From IMG/VR virus record IMGVR_UViG_3300032135_000291, positions 10,916-74,915 of that record: a DNA stretch of 64,000 nt, one strand, 5' to 3'. How positions within the stretch are numbered: the first letter of the stretch is position 1; each line of letters begins with the position of its first letter. Origin of the DNA: a virus. Taxonomy: Duplodnaviria > Caudoviricetes. Below are positions 1-9,612 of this stretch, one piece after another. The notes beneath the pieces are model-generated. The model was not told the origin of the DNA. It saw nothing but the letters and a program-made list of their open reading frames with translations, and made no database searches. Made by a program: the position numbers and the translations under genes.

Positions 1-1
1 G

Positions 2-2467
2 GTGTCGTTCGTGTGGGTCCGCTCCGCCGACGACAAGGCGCAGTTGACGCGCCTGTACGTGAGCGCGAGCGAGTCACTGGGCGAATCCGGGCTCCCCGCG
101 CTGCGTGCGTACGCCCGCTCGATCGGCGCACGACTTGGCACGCCCACAGTGCTGCGACTCCCGACCGAGAACGTCATCATGGGGCGACGACGCCACATTG
201 CACTCGGTCAGATGCGGGATAAGGTCGACGAAATCGGGGTTGTCTCCGACACGATCGCTTCCATCGCCAACGCAGTGGCACGCGACGAATCGGTCGCCGT
301 CATGATCACCGTCGAAGGCATGGGCGGCTCCGAGCGGTCCATGCTGCATGACGCGGTCGTCGCGGGCGCCTCACGGGGCGCCGGACGCAGAAGCAACCTT
401 GCACGCGACTCCACTGGCGAGGCACGCCAAATGGTCGAAGGCTCGGTCCGTTTGGGCTTGGCGGCCGCGAACCACAACGGCGACGAGCAGACCTGCCGCA
501 CCCTCGTGGACTCGGTCGCGTCCGCGACATCAACACTTGGCTACGAGGTGCAGGCCGTTCCCCCGCGCATCGCCCAGTTGCGTTCCAGCGTCCAATGGGG
601 CGTGCCTGTCGCGATGATGTCTGTCCTCATGATGCTCACCGGCGCTGTCGGCCCCGCGCTGCTGGCGATCGCGCTGCTCGGCGGCGGTGCCGCTGCACTC
701 GTGTGGTGGCCCGAAGCCGTTAACGGACCCGTGACCCGCATGGCCGCCAGGGGAGAGGTTCTCCTGCCACGCTTCCTGCCGCGACCGATGTCGTTGCGTC
801 GCGGCTTTGAACGTGCCCGCCTGCAAATCTCCACCCGCCGCTTCAACAACGCACAGGACGAGGAGGACGTGGACGTTTCCACACCGTTCCCGTCTCCCAG
901 CGAAGTCTTGTCGGTGCATCACGCCGCGCTGTTCGAGATGACCACCTTCCCGGCCGAGGCGACTTTGACGGCAAGCGACCGGGTGCAAAGCCGCGGACTG
1001 CCCCCGGACATGATCGACGTTGACGAAGGCATCTTCGTTGGCATGTCTGGCACCGGGCAGCCCGTCATGCTCGACATTGAGGACATCCACTACAGCCTCT
1101 ACACGGCTGGCGCCCCGAACTCCGGTAAGTCGAACCTGCTGCTCGTGATGTACGCAGGCATGGTCAAAGCGTCGATTCAGCGCACGTCCGGCCTGAGCGT
1201 CTCCCCAATCTGGGGCGAGACCAAGGGCGAGGGCGCGTATGACGCATGGATGATCGCCCGCAACCACCCTGGGGCCATCTTCGTCGACACGCACAATCCT
1301 CGCTCCGGTGCGCGACTCGCGCTCGAGGGGCCTCGACTGTCCGACGGCGCGCCTGTGCCGAAGGTGGTCAGCAACTGCACCGCCCTGGTGTCGAGCATGC
1401 AGGCCGCGTACGGCGACGGGGTCAAGGGCCAGGCCCGCGAGATTCTCGACAACGTGCTGCGCTGCTCCATGCTGATGACGCCCGACGAGATCGCCTTCGC
1501 GGGGCTTGGCGACCTGGTGAACGCGAAGAAGCCGAACATCATGGAACTGTCGTTCTACCTGCTGCAAGGTGACGCTCGTATCGACCCATCCGCCAAGATG
1601 ATCAAACTCGGCGGCACCCTGAGCGCGTCGCTCGGGCTGCGAGAGCAGGCCCTGTCACGTGCCATCGGGTCAATGTCCAGGTTCTGGGATCCGGCTACGC
1701 GCCGCACCTACTTGGAGCGCATCTCCACCGCGCTGAACAAGTTGAACGACATGCGTAACGCCCCGATGCTGTGGACGCCCGACGCCGCCCGCAAGGACGT
1801 GTACCTCGGCCAGTTGGTGCGTGCGTTCGCCCCGTCCGTCGTCAACATGGGCTCGTTCTATGACCCCATCTCGAAGCAGTTCGACCAGTCGATCGACCGC
1901 TCTGTTTCGCAGCGGCTGATCCGCTCGTTCAACTACCTGCTGTGGGACTACATCAAGGGTCACTGCAACGGCTGGCAGGAGCAGCGCAAGAGGATTCCGA
2001 TGTTCTTCGACGAGGTGGCCGACGTCGCAAGCAACGCCACGGGTGATGACGTCCCGAACACCCTCGAAGAAGGTACGAAGGAGGGTCGTTCACGCGGAGC
2101 GGCGTACTTCCTCGGCTCGCAGTACCCATCACAGATGCCGGAGATGGTCCGCCACCAGGTGCTCGCCTCCCGCGGCAAGTTCTGGTTCGGGCTGCAGAAC
2201 CCGACGGACCTCACCCTGGCAATCAGCGACCTCATGGTCGACGACGTGAACGCCGAGGGCGCGATCACGCCCAGCAACATCAAGTCGCTGTCTAACGGTG
2301 TGTGCTTTGCGACGCTGCCGCGCCACAACGCGGTGACCCCACCCACGTTGCTGCGTGTGCCGTACGCCCCCGAGTGGAACAAGATCCTGTTCGCCCCGGA
2401 GAACGGCGACACCAACGACGCGGTGGCCGACTACGCAGAGTTCACGGCGCGCAAGGTGGCGTCATGA
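2..2467 (+). CDS. VirD4/TraD/HerA-like P-loop ATPase with membrane segment (conjugative coupling-protein-like); may be 5'-truncated by window
   Basis: Walker A GAPNSGKS, Walker B MFFDE, GRSRG-type motif, hydrophobic stretch near aa 200-235. Confidence 0.7.
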   Translation: MSFVWVRSADDKAQLTRLYVSASESLGESGLPALRAYARSIGARLGTPTVLRLPTENVIMGRRRHIALGQMRDKVDEIGVVSDTIASIANAVARDESVAVMITVEGMGGSERSMLHDAVVAGASRGAGRRSNLARDSTGEARQMVEGSVRLGLAAANHNGDEQTCRTLVDSVASATSTLGYEVQAVPPRIAQLRSSVQWGVPVAMMSVLMMLTGAVGPALLAIALLGGGAAALVWWPEAVNGPVTRMAARGEVLLPRFLPRPMSLRRGFERARLQISTRRFNNAQDEEDVDVSTPFPSPSEVLSVHHAALFEMTTFPAEATLTASDRVQSRGLPPDMIDVDEGIFVGMSGTGQPVMLDIEDIHYSLYTAGAPNSGKSNLLLVMYAGMVKASIQRTSGLSVSPIWGETKGEGAYDAWMIARNHPGAIFVDTHNPRSGARLALEGPRLSDGAPVPKVVSNCTALVSSMQAAYGDGVKGQAREILDNVLRCSMLMTPDEIAFAGLGDLVNAKKPNIMELSFYLLQGDARIDPSAKMIKLGGTLSASLGLREQALSRAIGSMSRFWDPATRRTYLERISTALNKLNDMRNAPMLWTPDAARKDVYLGQLVRAFAPSVVNMGSFYDPISKQFDQSIDRSVSQRLIRSFNYLLWDYIKGHCNGWQEQRKRIPMFFDEVADVASNATGDDVPNTLEEGTKEGRSRGAAYFLGSQYPSQMPEMVRHQVLASRGKFWFGLQNPTDLTLAISDLMVDDVNAEGAITPSNIKSLSNGVCFATLPRHNAVTPPTLLRVPYAPEWNKILFAPENGDTNDAVADYAEFTARKVAS

Positions 2468-3894
2468 GTATCCGCGAACTTCCGTCACGCGTTTCCACGC
2501 TCGCTCACACTCCTGTGCCGGAGGCGCCCGCCGGCGTCCCTGCAGCGCAATACTCGCCCGACAAGGAAGACTTCGGTCTGCCGAGCCAGCGTTCGATCTG
2601 GGAGCGGGAGTTCCTCGTGACTCGTCGCTCGCAGACGATGGGCGTGTCGCGTCGCGAAAACCAAGGGGCGCGCCGCACGAACATTGGTCACCCACCGGTC
2701 CGCCTCGTTGACCGCATCGACCCGTTCTGGGAGATCACCTGGGATGACATGATTGGTGGTGCCGACTGGCGCAGGGCGTCCACCACGAAGCACCGTCTGA
2801 CGACGGACGTGCGCGGCAATGTCGCTGTGAAGTCGTTTGAGGCGTTCTCTCCAATCGCCATGAGCCAGCAGGAGTCGTACGGCGAGAACATGATGCGGAT
2901 GATGGCGTTGCTGTTCCAGTACGGCGCTTTGACGTCCAGCCAACTGTGCTCATTCATGGACTCGTCCTTCAGGGGGCTCTCGTTCCCCCTGAACCGGATG
3001 TTCGGGCTCGGCCTGGTGGAGCGCATGACGCCCGCTTGGGTGAAGGTTGGCGCCAGTTCGAGGATGTACCACGGGTCCGGTGACATCTGGCGCGTGAACC
3101 TGCGCTCCGAAACGGTGACGACGTGGCTCGACGGTCTGTCGAACACCGACTACGCCCTGATGACTGGCGGCCGTGACACGGGCTACATGCTCCACAACGG
3201 CACGTTCGTGTCCGAGTACGCGCTGCGGCACAACCTCGCGGTTGCCGAACTGTGCCTGCGCGGGCTCGAAACGATCCCCGGCTTGGCCGGTGCGTGGGGC
3301 GAACCGTTCGCCGAGGGCAACAAGTTCCTCTCCGAGATGCTTCGCGGGTCACTGGGCGTCAGGTATGTGCGTGGTGACGCAGCGCTCGTCGGCAAGGACG
3401 GGTCCATCGTGATCGTCGAACTGACCGCCGGGCAGGACTCTCGCGACGACAAGCATGGCGCGACACTGGCGGCGCGCGCCGCTGCCTGGGCGGCGATCGC
3501 TAAGATGTCGGACGTCCCCATGTCGCTCGTCGTCGTCTCGGTCGGCGGCTATGCGGCCTCGCGTCGGATTGCCAAGCACTTGCGCGAGAACACAGAGGAA
3601 GAACTCGCCCAATACTTCGCGGACGTCGGCGATCGCAAGCGGGCGCTCGACACCGTACACATGTCGTCCATCCAAAGTTGGTGGCCGTCCGCTGGTGCGA
3701 TCAGCCGCAAGTTCCTCACGTTGGAGGCGTTCTCGCCGTTCACGGGGGAGTACCGCGAACTGCTGCCGGCTGACGCCGAATGGGACACCGGCCAGCCTGC
3801 GGTCGTCAACACTGTCGCCGCGTTGCACACGCCGCCGTGGTCGCTGCGCCCAGTGATGCCTATCGTCAACAATGAAGGGGGGTCCGCGGCGTGA
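2464..3894 (+). CDS. Replication-relaxation family protein (wHTH + PD-(D/E)xK-like)
   Basis: ATGA overlap with upstream stop; LFQYGALTSSQL..LNRMFGLGLVER wHTH-like segment; HNLAVAEL; RGDAALV..IVELT. Confidence 0.6.
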   Translation: MSIRELPSRVSTLAHTPVPEAPAGVPAAQYSPDKEDFGLPSQRSIWEREFLVTRRSQTMGVSRRENQGARRTNIGHPPVRLVDRIDPFWEITWDDMIGGADWRRASTTKHRLTTDVRGNVAVKSFEAFSPIAMSQQESYGENMMRMMALLFQYGALTSSQLCSFMDSSFRGLSFPLNRMFGLGLVERMTPAWVKVGASSRMYHGSGDIWRVNLRSETVTTWLDGLSNTDYALMTGGRDTGYMLHNGTFVSEYALRHNLAVAELCLRGLETIPGLAGAWGEPFAEGNKFLSEMLRGSLGVRYVRGDAALVGKDGSIVIVELTAGQDSRDDKHGATLAARAAAWAAIAKMSDVPMSLVVVSVGGYAASRRIAKHLRENTEEELAQYFADVGDRKRALDTVHMSSIQSWWPSAGAISRKFLTLEAFSPFTGEYRELLPADAEWDTGQPAVVNTVAALHTPPWSLRPVMPIVNNEGGSAA

Positions 3895-4370
3895 ACGTCC
3901 TCGAAACTGTGGCACGCGACCGGGTCGGCTCCATGCCGGCACTGTCGCGGCAAACGGGTATTAGCGAGCGGCTGCTCGCGGCCATAGGTGCAGGCGAGGT
4001 TGAGCCCGACACGGCCCATGTGCGCCGGATGCGGCAGGTGCTCGGGCAGGACCTTCCCGCCGAGGCCTTCCCGCACTGTGCGCCGAAGGTCGATTCCCTC
4101 ATGAATGTGTCGGAGGCGAAGGTGCTGGCTGTACGCGACGAGCACCTCGTGCGCCCCACCTCTGTGATCAAGGACGACATGATCCGGCTCGTCACGATAC
4201 GTGATGACGGGCGGGAGAAGGTCGAAGGCTGGGTGAAGGCCATAGAGGATGCGCGCTGGATCCGCGGCGACCTGGTCGCGTTCACCCTCAAGGACGGCTC
4301 CGTGGTCGAATGCCACCCGTCGCAGACGGTCACTGTCGCCCGACGTCGCCCACCGGCAGAGGCCGCCTAA
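3891..4370 (+). CDS. Hypothetical protein, possible N-terminal XRE-type HTH
   Basis: GTGA coupling; LSRQTGISERLLAAIGAGE resembles an HTH. Confidence 0.5.
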   Translation: MNVLETVARDRVGSMPALSRQTGISERLLAAIGAGEVEPDTAHVRRMRQVLGQDLPAEAFPHCAPKVDSLMNVSEAKVLAVRDEHLVRPTSVIKDDMIRLVTIRDDGREKVEGWVKAIEDARWIRGDLVAFTLKDGSVVECHPSQTVTVARRRPPAEAA

Positions 4371-4495
4371 GCCCCTCAAAAGTGTGGTCCCTCGTCGGCA
4401 TGCCTCTGCGCGCCTCTGTGGCCCGCTGTGGGCGGATATGGGCCTCTCTGTGGCCGTTATGCTGTGGTAGGTCTTAGACGTAGGGGAGTGGTGTA

Positions 4496-7400
4496 GTGAG
4501 AAACGGCATGTTCGCTCCGTGGGAGGGGTGGCGCAAGGCTTTGGGTGGCGTGACTGCCGCCTTCATGGTGCTACTCGTCATCGCCTTCTCCATCCCACTG
4601 GGCATCGTCGCAGTCGGTGCGATGTTCCTCGCCGCGCAAATCTGGAAGAGTCCGATGGACTCGCCGAACTACGACCGCATGCAGTACACGATGATGACCC
4701 GGTCCTACCGTGTCGCCCTGTTCTTCGTCACCGTGAAGCAGCAGGCGGCCGTGCTGTTCTCCCCGGTCATCCTCCTCGGCGCCGGCCCGCCCCGCGAGGA
4801 CCCCGACCACGACTTGCAGCCAGGCTTCTGGCCGCCGTTCCGGCTTTCATCCTGGTGGAGCATGCTGGGCGCTCTCGCCCTCGCTCCGCTGGAAATCCTG
4901 ATCAGCCCGATGCGCATGTCCGTCATCGGGGGGTCACTGCCGTGGTTCATTGCGACGGCCCTTGCGATCCCAGGCTGGTACGCGTTCTTCCAGGTGCTAG
5001 CCGACGCACGCAGGCTCGCCCCCGACAAGGACGCCGGCGCACTGGGCGACCCGCCACCGGCGACCATGCTGAACAAGATCGACGACCACATCGAACTGCA
5101 TCCGTCGCTGATTCGCTCAGCGGCCTTCGGGGCAATCCCCGTCGTCATCGTGATCATCCTGTGGATCACCGTGAAGTGGCCCTGGTGGGTGACGCTCATC
5201 GCCGTGGTCCTGTTGTTCTCCTTCACTGCTGCGATCCTGTGGTCACGCAACCTGATGACCGAGTACCGCTCCGCCTGGGTGGAGCGTGAAGCCCTGGCCG
5301 AGAACTGGCAGAGCATCTGGATGAGCCTCCTTCCAGTGAGGGCCGGATCCCCGCTGTTCAGCAACGAGTTCGACCTGCCAAGCGTCGACGAGTTCGAGGC
5401 CGAACTGGCGCGCTGGCACCGCGAGATGGACGAGTCTGACGACCTTGACGCCTCGCCGCCCGAGTACGAGGTGCTCGTCAAGTGCGCCAACTTCCGATAC
5501 GCCCCCGGACAGACCTACGAGACTGTGGCCGGAATGACAGAGGGACTACGTGGCGCGCTCAACGCAGGCCTCGTCGGCGTCATCCCGTTCGGCGAGACGG
5601 ACCCGCTCGGCAACGAGATTCCCGGCACCGTCAACGCGTCGTTCTTCCGTGTCTTCTACTCGGAGCAGACGACCGAACTGCCTCACCTTCTCGACCCCAA
5701 TGCGAACGCGTGGGCCACCCGCCTGTCGATCCAAGCGAAGATTCTCGAACCGTTGGCCCAGGTGCGCGGCATCGGCCGGTGCATCGTCGCGAACTTCTAC
5801 CTGGTGACCCGCCCCGAGTCCCCGCAGACGATCATCTGCGTCAAGTTGCGTCCGCGCGACCCCGGCGTCTCCGTCGACGTCTTCCTCGAACGCCTGTCCG
5901 ACATTCAGCGCGCCGCCAACGTCCGGTGGGTGCGCGTGGGCCAGGGCAACGACGAGGGCGAGATCGTCATGTATCTGGGCGACGAACCCGTCATTGACGT
6001 CACGATGTACAACCGGCCCGCCAAGCGGGAGAACGACACGATTGACCGCATGAACTGGCTGTACTACTTCCACTCGAACCAACTGCGTGGCGCCAGCGGA
6101 ACGCCGCGCCTGGTTCGACGCGAGCCCACAACGCCTGTGGTGGACAAGTTGACGTTCTCCCTACCGCCCGGCCTGCCCATGAAGAAGATCAAGGCGGCCG
6201 ACGAGGCGATCGCGACGTCGTCCGGCAACGAGTTCATCGAGATCGCCCTGTTGCAGCCACACGACGACACCGCGCCGACAGTTCGCAGCCGCGGACCTGC
6301 GCAACCCAAGCCGGACACCGGCACCCAGTTTTCCATCATCGCCGCGAAGGCCAACCCGCTGCGGAGGGTGTTCAACTTCACCGACTTCACTGACAAGGTG
6401 CTGACGGGACGCGAGAAGGGCGTGGCGAAGATCAACTGGGCCACAGGCGTGCTGTCTGACGACTCGTTGGCGTACGACGACTGGGGTAATTCGGACAATC
6501 CGCACTTATTGGTAGCCGGTGCATCAGGAGCCGGCAAATCCGTAGTCATGTCGTCGCTCATCCTTCAACTCGCAGCCAACAACGGCCCAGGGGAGGTTCG
6601 CATCTGGATGGTCGAACCGAAGAACGAGATGCAAATTTATCGCGACCTGGATGTCACGGAGCGCTTCGTCGACACGTGGTCTCCCAACGGGGAGTTCGTG
6701 AAGAACGCAGCGGACATGGTCGACGACGCGGTCGCTGAGATGAACCGCCGCAACGAAGCCTTCGTCACCCACCCCAAGCGGCCGAAGCAGTTGAAGAAGG
6801 CGCGCGAGATCGCCATTCGCGAGTCGGAGCAAGCGGGCACCCCACTCGAACGCCACCCCCTCTATATGCCGTACCTCTTCATCATCATCGAGGAGTGCGC
6901 ATCGCTGTTCTCCGGGGTCCGCAAGGAGGAGCGCGACGACCAAATGCGACTCATGGGCAGCACCACAGAACTAGCGCGCAAGGCTCGTTCTGCCGGCATC
7001 CACCTCATCCTCGCCACACAATATCCAACCAAAGAGAGTCTGCCGGTGACGATTCGTAACCAGTGTCGCTCTGTGGGAATGAAGTGCCAGAACATGGTGG
7101 CATCGCTCGTCGTCATTGGTGAGCCCGGCCTCGAAGACATCAACATCAAAGGCTGTGGCAAGGTGCGGGTCAACGGCGAGATGCGGCTGTTCCGTGGCTT
7201 CTGGGTGCAGGACGGCGACCCCGATTACGGGGAGCAGAACGACATCATCTCGACCCTCGGCAAGTTGCCCTCGAACAACGGGCAGTCCTCTGCGATGCGC
7301 AAGGCAGGCGAGACCCCACGCATCAAGTTGCCCGAACTGGGGGAGAGCGTCTTCTCGCTGTGGGACGAGTCTGCCAGCGGCGGCCGCGCGCAGGCGTCTA

Positions 7401-7519
7401 TGGTCGCCGACGGCAAGGGCATGTACACGCCAGCGGAAGTGGCCGCCGCCGAGAAGCCAAAGCCGGAACGCCCGGAGGACATCGACAGACTCATGCGGCA
7501 GGCGCCCACGGGGCGCTAG
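4496..7519 (+). CDS. FtsK/SpoIIIE (TraB-like) DNA translocase with N-terminal membrane domain
   Basis: Walker A GASGAGKS, IWMVEPK, FIIIEECASLF, ARKARSAGIHLILATQYP; several TM segments in first 250 aa. Confidence 0.85.
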   Translation: MRNGMFAPWEGWRKALGGVTAAFMVLLVIAFSIPLGIVAVGAMFLAAQIWKSPMDSPNYDRMQYTMMTRSYRVALFFVTVKQQAAVLFSPVILLGAGPPREDPDHDLQPGFWPPFRLSSWWSMLGALALAPLEILISPMRMSVIGGSLPWFIATALAIPGWYAFFQVLADARRLAPDKDAGALGDPPPATMLNKIDDHIELHPSLIRSAAFGAIPVVIVIILWITVKWPWWVTLIAVVLLFSFTAAILWSRNLMTEYRSAWVEREALAENWQSIWMSLLPVRAGSPLFSNEFDLPSVDEFEAELARWHREMDESDDLDASPPEYEVLVKCANFRYAPGQTYETVAGMTEGLRGALNAGLVGVIPFGETDPLGNEIPGTVNASFFRVFYSEQTTELPHLLDPNANAWATRLSIQAKILEPLAQVRGIGRCIVANFYLVTRPESPQTIICVKLRPRDPGVSVDVFLERLSDIQRAANVRWVRVGQGNDEGEIVMYLGDEPVIDVTMYNRPAKRENDTIDRMNWLYYFHSNQLRGASGTPRLVRREPTTPVVDKLTFSLPPGLPMKKIKAADEAIATSSGNEFIEIALLQPHDDTAPTVRSRGPAQPKPDTGTQFSIIAAKANPLRRVFNFTDFTDKVLTGREKGVAKINWATGVLSDDSLAYDDWGNSDNPHLLVAGASGAGKSVVMSSLILQLAANNGPGEVRIWMVEPKNEMQIYRDLDVTERFVDTWSPNGEFVKNAADMVDDAVAEMNRRNEAFVTHPKRPKQLKKAREIAIRESEQAGTPLERHPLYMPYLFIIIEECASLFSGVRKEERDDQMRLMGSTTELARKARSAGIHLILATQYPTKESLPVTIRNQCRSVGMKCQNMVASLVVIGEPGLEDINIKGCGKVRVNGEMRLFRGFWVQDGDPDYGEQNDIISTLGKLPSNNGQSSAMRKAGETPRIKLPELGESVFSLWDESASGGRAQASMVADGKGMYTPAEVAAAEKPKPERPEDIDRLMRQAPTGR

Positions 7520-7582
7520 GCGATCTCGGCGACGCGCGGGGCTACCACACTCCATTTCCGATAGTTCTGATATTCTTTCTTC

Positions 7583-9541
7583 ATGGTCACTAGCCTCGCC
7601 GAGACGCACCCGCTGGTGGCAGCACTCTGGGACGCGGAACACAACGACGCCCCGGTGAGCGCGGTGAGCCCCCGGTCCTCAATCATCGGGCACTGGCGCT
7701 GCGTTGATCATCCCGAGCACCGCTGGTCCGCCCCTGTGTACAAGATGACCCAACGCAAGCGGGCCTGTGAGCGATGCGCGAGCCTTGCGTTTCATCACCC
7801 CGAGATTGCCGCCCAATGGGACCAGGTTGCGAACGGCATCGTTACGCCATGGGATGTGACTCGGACGTCCGGGAAGGTTTTTCACTGGATTTGCCCGAGC
7901 GACGATAGGCACCGATGGACGGCGCGAGTTAACTCACGCACCTCCAACGGCGCGGGCTGTCCGCAGTGCTCCGGACGGACGGTTACTCCCGGAGTAAACG
8001 ACCTCGCCACCGTCAATCCTGGACTCGCCGCCGAGTGGGACAACGAGGCCAATGGTGCGCTCACCCCTGGCGGAGTGATGGCGGTATCGGGCGTGTCCGC
8101 CGCGTGGATTTGCTCAAGCAATCCTGCGCACCGGTGGCGGGCACAGATTTCGAACCGCAAGAACGGTGCAGGTTGCCCGATGTGCGCGGGGATTGCGGTG
8201 TCTCCGGACAATTGCTTGGCCTTCAAACACCCAGCGCTGGTTGCGCAGTTCGTTCGCTCGGTGTTCCCGGTCGGGTTGACGGCGAATGAAGTCACCGCGT
8301 GCAGCACTGTCCGCGTCCTGTGGCGTTGCGAGTCGGGTCACGAGTACGAGGCGCCGGTCTACGCTCGCACTTCCAGTCGGTCGGGCTGCCCGGTGTGCGT
8401 GAACAGGGAGGTGAGGCCAGGAATCAACGATCTAGCCACCACACACCCCGAGTTGGCTGCACAGTGGGTCGTGGCTGCGGCACGACCGCAACTCACGCCG
8501 TCCGGTGTCCCTCGCGGGGCCGACCTTGTGGTCACGTGGCAATGCCCGGAGGTCGCGACTCACCGCTGGGAAGCCTCCGTTACGTCTCGCGCGGTTAGTG
8601 GCTGCGGCTGTCCGTCGTGCCGCCCTCCACAATCCGCGCCCGAGCGTGACCTTGCGAATGTGGTCAAACTTCTCGTCGGCGATGAACAGGTATCCACGTC
8701 AGTGCGCGGCCGCATCCCCGGGGAAATCGACATACTCGTGGAGCCGCTAGGCGTCGCCATCGAGTTCAACGGGCTGTATTGGCATTCCGAGCGCGCGGGC
8801 AAAGGGTCCGACTATCACCAAACGAAGACTGTCGCGGCGCGCGAGTCGGGCCTGCAACTGATTCACGTTTGGGAGGACGACTGGACGGACCGCCGCGATG
8901 TCGTCGTGCGGAGCGTTGCGCACAGACTGAACGCAACGCAGCGGATCGACGAGCCCGGCGTGCTCAACGAACGCGACCCGCTGCTCAAAGAGCGACTTAA
9001 CGCGCGCTCGCTGGTGCTGGCTCCGGTGACTTCGACCAGGGCGTCAGCGTTCCTGGAGGCCAACCACATTCAAGGCAGGGCTCGCGCCACGCATCACTTG
9101 GGACTACTTGATGACAACGGCCTCGTCCGCGCCGTCCTGTCAGTGATGCGCGGGCGGTCCGGCGAGTGGACGATCGAAAGGTTTGCCACCCGGGGCGTGG
9201 TCCGCGGGGGCTTTACTCGGCTGCTCGCATTCGCGGAACGACACATCAAGGATTCCGGGGGAGGGGTCGCTCGCTGGGTGACGTTCGCCGACGAGGCCCT
9301 GAGCGTGGCAGGCCTGTATGTCGACAGTGGCTTTGAGTTGGATAACGCGCTGCCCCCCGACTACCGCTACGTTGTCGGCAGAAAGCGAGTGCACAAGTTC
9401 AACTACCGGATCAAACGCTTTGCCGAAGACCCGTCGCTGGACTTTGTGGCGGGAGCCACGGAACGAGAGTTGGCGGCGCTTAACGGCCTGGCGAGGATCT
9501 GGGACTGCGGCAAGACGCGCTGGGTCAAGCCCGTCGGCTAG
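7583..9541 (+). CDS. Zinc-ribbon (DUF4379-like) repeat protein, 5 repeats, with Hef/Vsr-like endonuclease domain and C-terminal GNAT/Mom-like domain
   Basis: Repeats NDLAT.HP.LAA.W..W.C...H.W....R..G.GCP.C; EIDILVEPLGVAIEFNGLYWHS; RFATRGVVRGGFTRLL..TFADEALS..LY..GF. Confidence 0.75.
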   Translation: MVTSLAETHPLVAALWDAEHNDAPVSAVSPRSSIIGHWRCVDHPEHRWSAPVYKMTQRKRACERCASLAFHHPEIAAQWDQVANGIVTPWDVTRTSGKVFHWICPSDDRHRWTARVNSRTSNGAGCPQCSGRTVTPGVNDLATVNPGLAAEWDNEANGALTPGGVMAVSGVSAAWICSSNPAHRWRAQISNRKNGAGCPMCAGIAVSPDNCLAFKHPALVAQFVRSVFPVGLTANEVTACSTVRVLWRCESGHEYEAPVYARTSSRSGCPVCVNREVRPGINDLATTHPELAAQWVVAAARPQLTPSGVPRGADLVVTWQCPEVATHRWEASVTSRAVSGCGCPSCRPPQSAPERDLANVVKLLVGDEQVSTSVRGRIPGEIDILVEPLGVAIEFNGLYWHSERAGKGSDYHQTKTVAARESGLQLIHVWEDDWTDRRDVVVRSVAHRLNATQRIDEPGVLNERDPLLKERLNARSLVLAPVTSTRASAFLEANHIQGRARATHHLGLLDDNGLVRAVLSVMRGRSGEWTIERFATRGVVRGGFTRLLAFAERHIKDSGGGVARWVTFADEALSVAGLYVDSGFELDNALPPDYRYVVGRKRVHKFNYRIKRFAEDPSLDFVAGATERELAALNGLARIWDCGKTRWVKPVG

Positions 9542-9612
9542 GGCGCTAAACGATCAAGGCGCCGCGCGGGACTACCACACCTCAAATGCACCAAATCTGC
9601 TACGATCACTAA

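Noticed and set aside
4496-7519. FtsK protein as type VII secretion EccC
   Set aside because: Single ATPase domain; no WXG100, EccB/D or mycosin genes in the window.
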